From the IMG/VR virus record IMGVR_UViG_3300033067_001613, positions 1 through 26,542 of that record: a stretch of DNA of 26,542 bases. One strand, given 5' to 3'. The notes under the pieces were generated by a model. It was not told where the DNA came from. It saw only the letters and a list, made by a program, of their open reading frames with translations, and did not search any database. The number at the start of each line of letters is the position of its first letter. The stretch's first letter is position 1. The position numbers and the translations under genes were made by a program. Source of the DNA: a virus (Duplodnaviria > Caudoviricetes). This document shows, piece by piece, positions 24,804 through 26,542 of this stretch.

Positions 24804-24950
24804 TTACTTCTTATTTCTTTTGCGACAGTCCTTTGCTTTACATCTCGGGCACCTAGCCCCTTCAGAAACAATGGCCATATCGCACGACCAGCACCAAAAT
24901 CTACCAGACTTCGGCATACGTTTCTTATATCTGTTGGTAATCCAGAGCAT
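24804..24950 (-). CDS. small basic Zn-finger protein (48 aa, absent from the ORF track)
   Basis: Translated by hand: MLWITNRYKKRMPKSGRFWCWSCDMAIVSEGARCPRCKAKDCRKRNKK. TAATG coupling to the upstream gene. Confidence 0.7.
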   Translation of the reverse strand: MLWITNRYKKRMPKSGRFWCWSCDMAIVSEGARCPRCKAKDCRKRNKK

Positions 24951-25741
24951 TAGTATATCGAGATAATCCCTGACCCGTTACACTTTTGACACATTTCTTC
25001 CTTCCCCTTGCCCATTCTGGTCACACAGGTTCCGTGACACATCGGGCACCTCTTCTGAACTTCATTGTAGCCGTCCTTAAAATTGGCCACATTGCCGTTC
25101 ATACTACTTGCAGCCATGTTCTTAAAACGTGTCTGCAAAGCTCCATCTGTGGACTTGATGACCTTCAATCGGGTAGTACCAGTGCCGTCTACTCGAACCT
25201 CTGGGATCATATGCTGAGACCCAGCCCGACCCTCGATAATGCTCATCTTGGCATGGCCCTTCAGAACTTCCTCAGGAAGCTTATCGACCAACCCACTCTT
25301 GTTGTAGTTAGTATATGATGGGATATTCCCATGAGCAGTTGATCCACCCACAGATGAAATGGTGCGATCCTTATCCAACCGATCGGTACTGATAACATCC
25401 TCACCCTCCAAAATCGGAGCAACCGGAGCGGCGGACGTCGGTGGTTGTCGCTGGGCGACGGGTGCGGGGGCCGGTTTGGGAGCAGCCTGAGGAATGATCA
25501 GGCCGCTAGCAGAAACTGAATACCCTTGAATATCGATCTTCAGCCCCATGCTAGCGGCCTGATCAATCAGCGCCTGAATAGCACCTTGCTTCTTCATATA
25601 CGCCACCCTAGCAGCCTTCACGGTGGCATCTTCAGAGTGTTCATCACACACGTCTACTGTTACTTTAATACCATTATCGAGAGAAATCGACAACTGGGTA
25701 TTCAGATTCTCTGAAGTATCGCAAAAGACGCATTGTGGCAT
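24950..25741 (-). CDS. hypothetical protein with N-terminal Zn site and C-terminal DnaJ-type Zn finger
   Basis: CVFC...CDEH at the N-terminus, P/A linker, C-terminal CPMCHG...CQKCNGSG. Confidence 0.8.
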   Translation of the reverse strand: MPQCVFCDTSENLNTQLSISLDNGIKVTVDVCDEHSEDATVKAARVAYMKKQGAIQALIDQAASMGLKIDIQGYSVSASGLIIPQAAPKPAPAPVAQRQPPTSAAPVAPILEGEDVISTDRLDKDRTISSVGGSTAHGNIPSYTNYNKSGLVDKLPEEVLKGHAKMSIIEGRAGSQHMIPEVRVDGTGTTRLKVIKSTDGALQTRFKNMAASSMNGNVANFKDGYNEVQKRCPMCHGTCVTRMGKGKEEMCQKCNGSGIISIY

Positions 25742-25752
25742 GGCATTTCCCT

Positions 25753-25780
25753 AAAAGGCGTAACATTATATATTTACGCC
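25753..25780 (-). promoter_or_regulatory. intergenic hairpin (terminator or attenuator, or promoter overlap)
   Basis: Minus strand GGCGTAA-ATATATAATG-TTACGCC-TTTT. The loop contains TATAAT. Confidence 0.45.
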
Positions 25781-25781
25781 A

Positions 25782-25913
25782 TCAAAACCCAGCCATCATC
25801 AGCGCCCAGACCAGATTCTCCCAGAGACCACGACTACAACCATTGGCTATATCTGTACAATATTGACCATCTGGCGTAGTTCTTCCTCTGATGATTTTGA
25901 TATCAACCGCCAA
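25782..25913 (-). CDS. possible small protein (43 aa, TTG start)
   Basis: GGAG 9 nt before TTG. Sequence (M)AVDIKIIRGRTTPDGQYCTDIANGCSRGLWENLVWALMMAGF. Fills an otherwise empty gap. Confidence 0.4.
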   Translation of the reverse strand: MAVDIKIIRGRTTPDGQYCTDIANGCSRGLWENLVWALMMAGF

Positions 25914-26277
25914 GATCGCATACTCCGATCGACTGTTTGAGAACTGGCAGCCTACCAACCAGTTCGAAGAACGTCACATCGCCCAATGAGAGAGAGTACA
26001 CCCTGTCTGGAACCCTTTGGAATTCGTGCACCCAAACAGTGCACTTCTCCTTCAAATCCCCAAACGCCTCGATATCAGCACGTAACCGTTCGATCCGCTC
26101 ATCAGACGACCTAACATTCGGATCGCCCAGGAGCTTAGCAATCGCCTCGCGTGCCTGCAATTCGCTCGCAGTATAATGCTGCAAACGATCAATAGCCGGT
26201 TGGATCAGCTCTACAGCTCTGTACTCATATTTCCACCCGTCTCGCGTCACGCTTCGAAAGTCGTTGAAAACACCCAT
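25903..26277 (-). CDS. hypothetical helical protein (124 aa)
   Basis: AGGAG RBS before ATG 26277 (MGVFNDF...). Confidence 0.75.
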   Translation of the reverse strand: MGVFNDFRSVTRDGWKYEYRAVELIQPAIDRLQHYTASELQAREAIAKLLGDPNVRSSDERIERLRADIEAFGDLKEKCTVWVHEFQRVPDRVYSLSLGDVTFFELVGRLPVLKQSIGVCDLGG

Positions 26278-26346
26278 TACACATGTCTCCTGTGAATATT
26301 GAGTTGCAGTAACATACAAAAACATCGCAAGTATTGAAAGACGATC

Positions 26347-26542
26347 ATGACAAAAATCTTCATAGTTGACATCGACATTAATCCGGCAATCCAGAGAATT
26401 ATACGTGAAGATGTCATAGAACTGACCGGGAATGCCAAAAAACAACTAACAGATGCCCTCTCGCTCGCCAAATCCATCAAGGAAACCAAAGAGAGTAATG
26501 AGGCTCTCAAGAACGCAGTAATAGATCGCACAAGTGCTGTTC
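26347..26542 (+). CDS. hypothetical protein, truncated by the window end
   Basis: Open frame MTKIFIVDIDINPAIQRIIREDVIELTGNAKKQLTDALSLAKSIKETKES... with no stop before the end. Confidence 0.7.
   Translation, partial: MTKIFIVDIDINPAIQRIIREDVIELTGNAKKQLTDALSLAKSIKETKESNEALKNAVIDRTSAV

Noticed and set aside
26277-26531. 84-aa minus-strand ORF and the extended 180-aa start of 25903-26445
   Set aside because: A better plus-strand ORF starts at 26347, and the minus gene has a clear AGGAG before ATG 26277.
1-26542. Stop-codon reassignment
   Set aside because: Recognisable genes are full length under the standard code and end at TAA, TGA or TAG with tight coupling.

Overview
This window is most likely part of a large (jumbo-type, T4-like or myovirus-like) bacteriophage genome. 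It is densely packed, mostly on the minus strand, and reads with the standard genetic code. The right half is a replication and recombination module: a bacterial-type RecA, a DnaB/gp41-like helicase, GroES, an FmdB-like zinc ribbon, a very reduced family-A polymerase, a UvsY-like protein, a gp32-like SSB, a 5'-3' exonuclease/RNase H and a Holliday-junction-resolvase-like nuclease. Interleaved with it, and filling the left half, is a modification cluster of four glycosyltransferase genes (five GT domains), two sulfotransferases, a 2OG-Fe(II) oxygenase, a DUF6065-like protein, PyrE, a DarG-like macrodomain and an HNH nuclease. Three signals stand out. (1) A tRNA-shaped non-coding RNA at 42-139 (minus strand) has no anticodon and carries three GCAA tetraloops. 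(2) The PolA appears to lack its thumb and has altered motifs A and B. (3) The phage may encode a sulfated-glycan or DNA-hypermodification pathway. All family calls come from recognising motifs by eye; no database searches were run.
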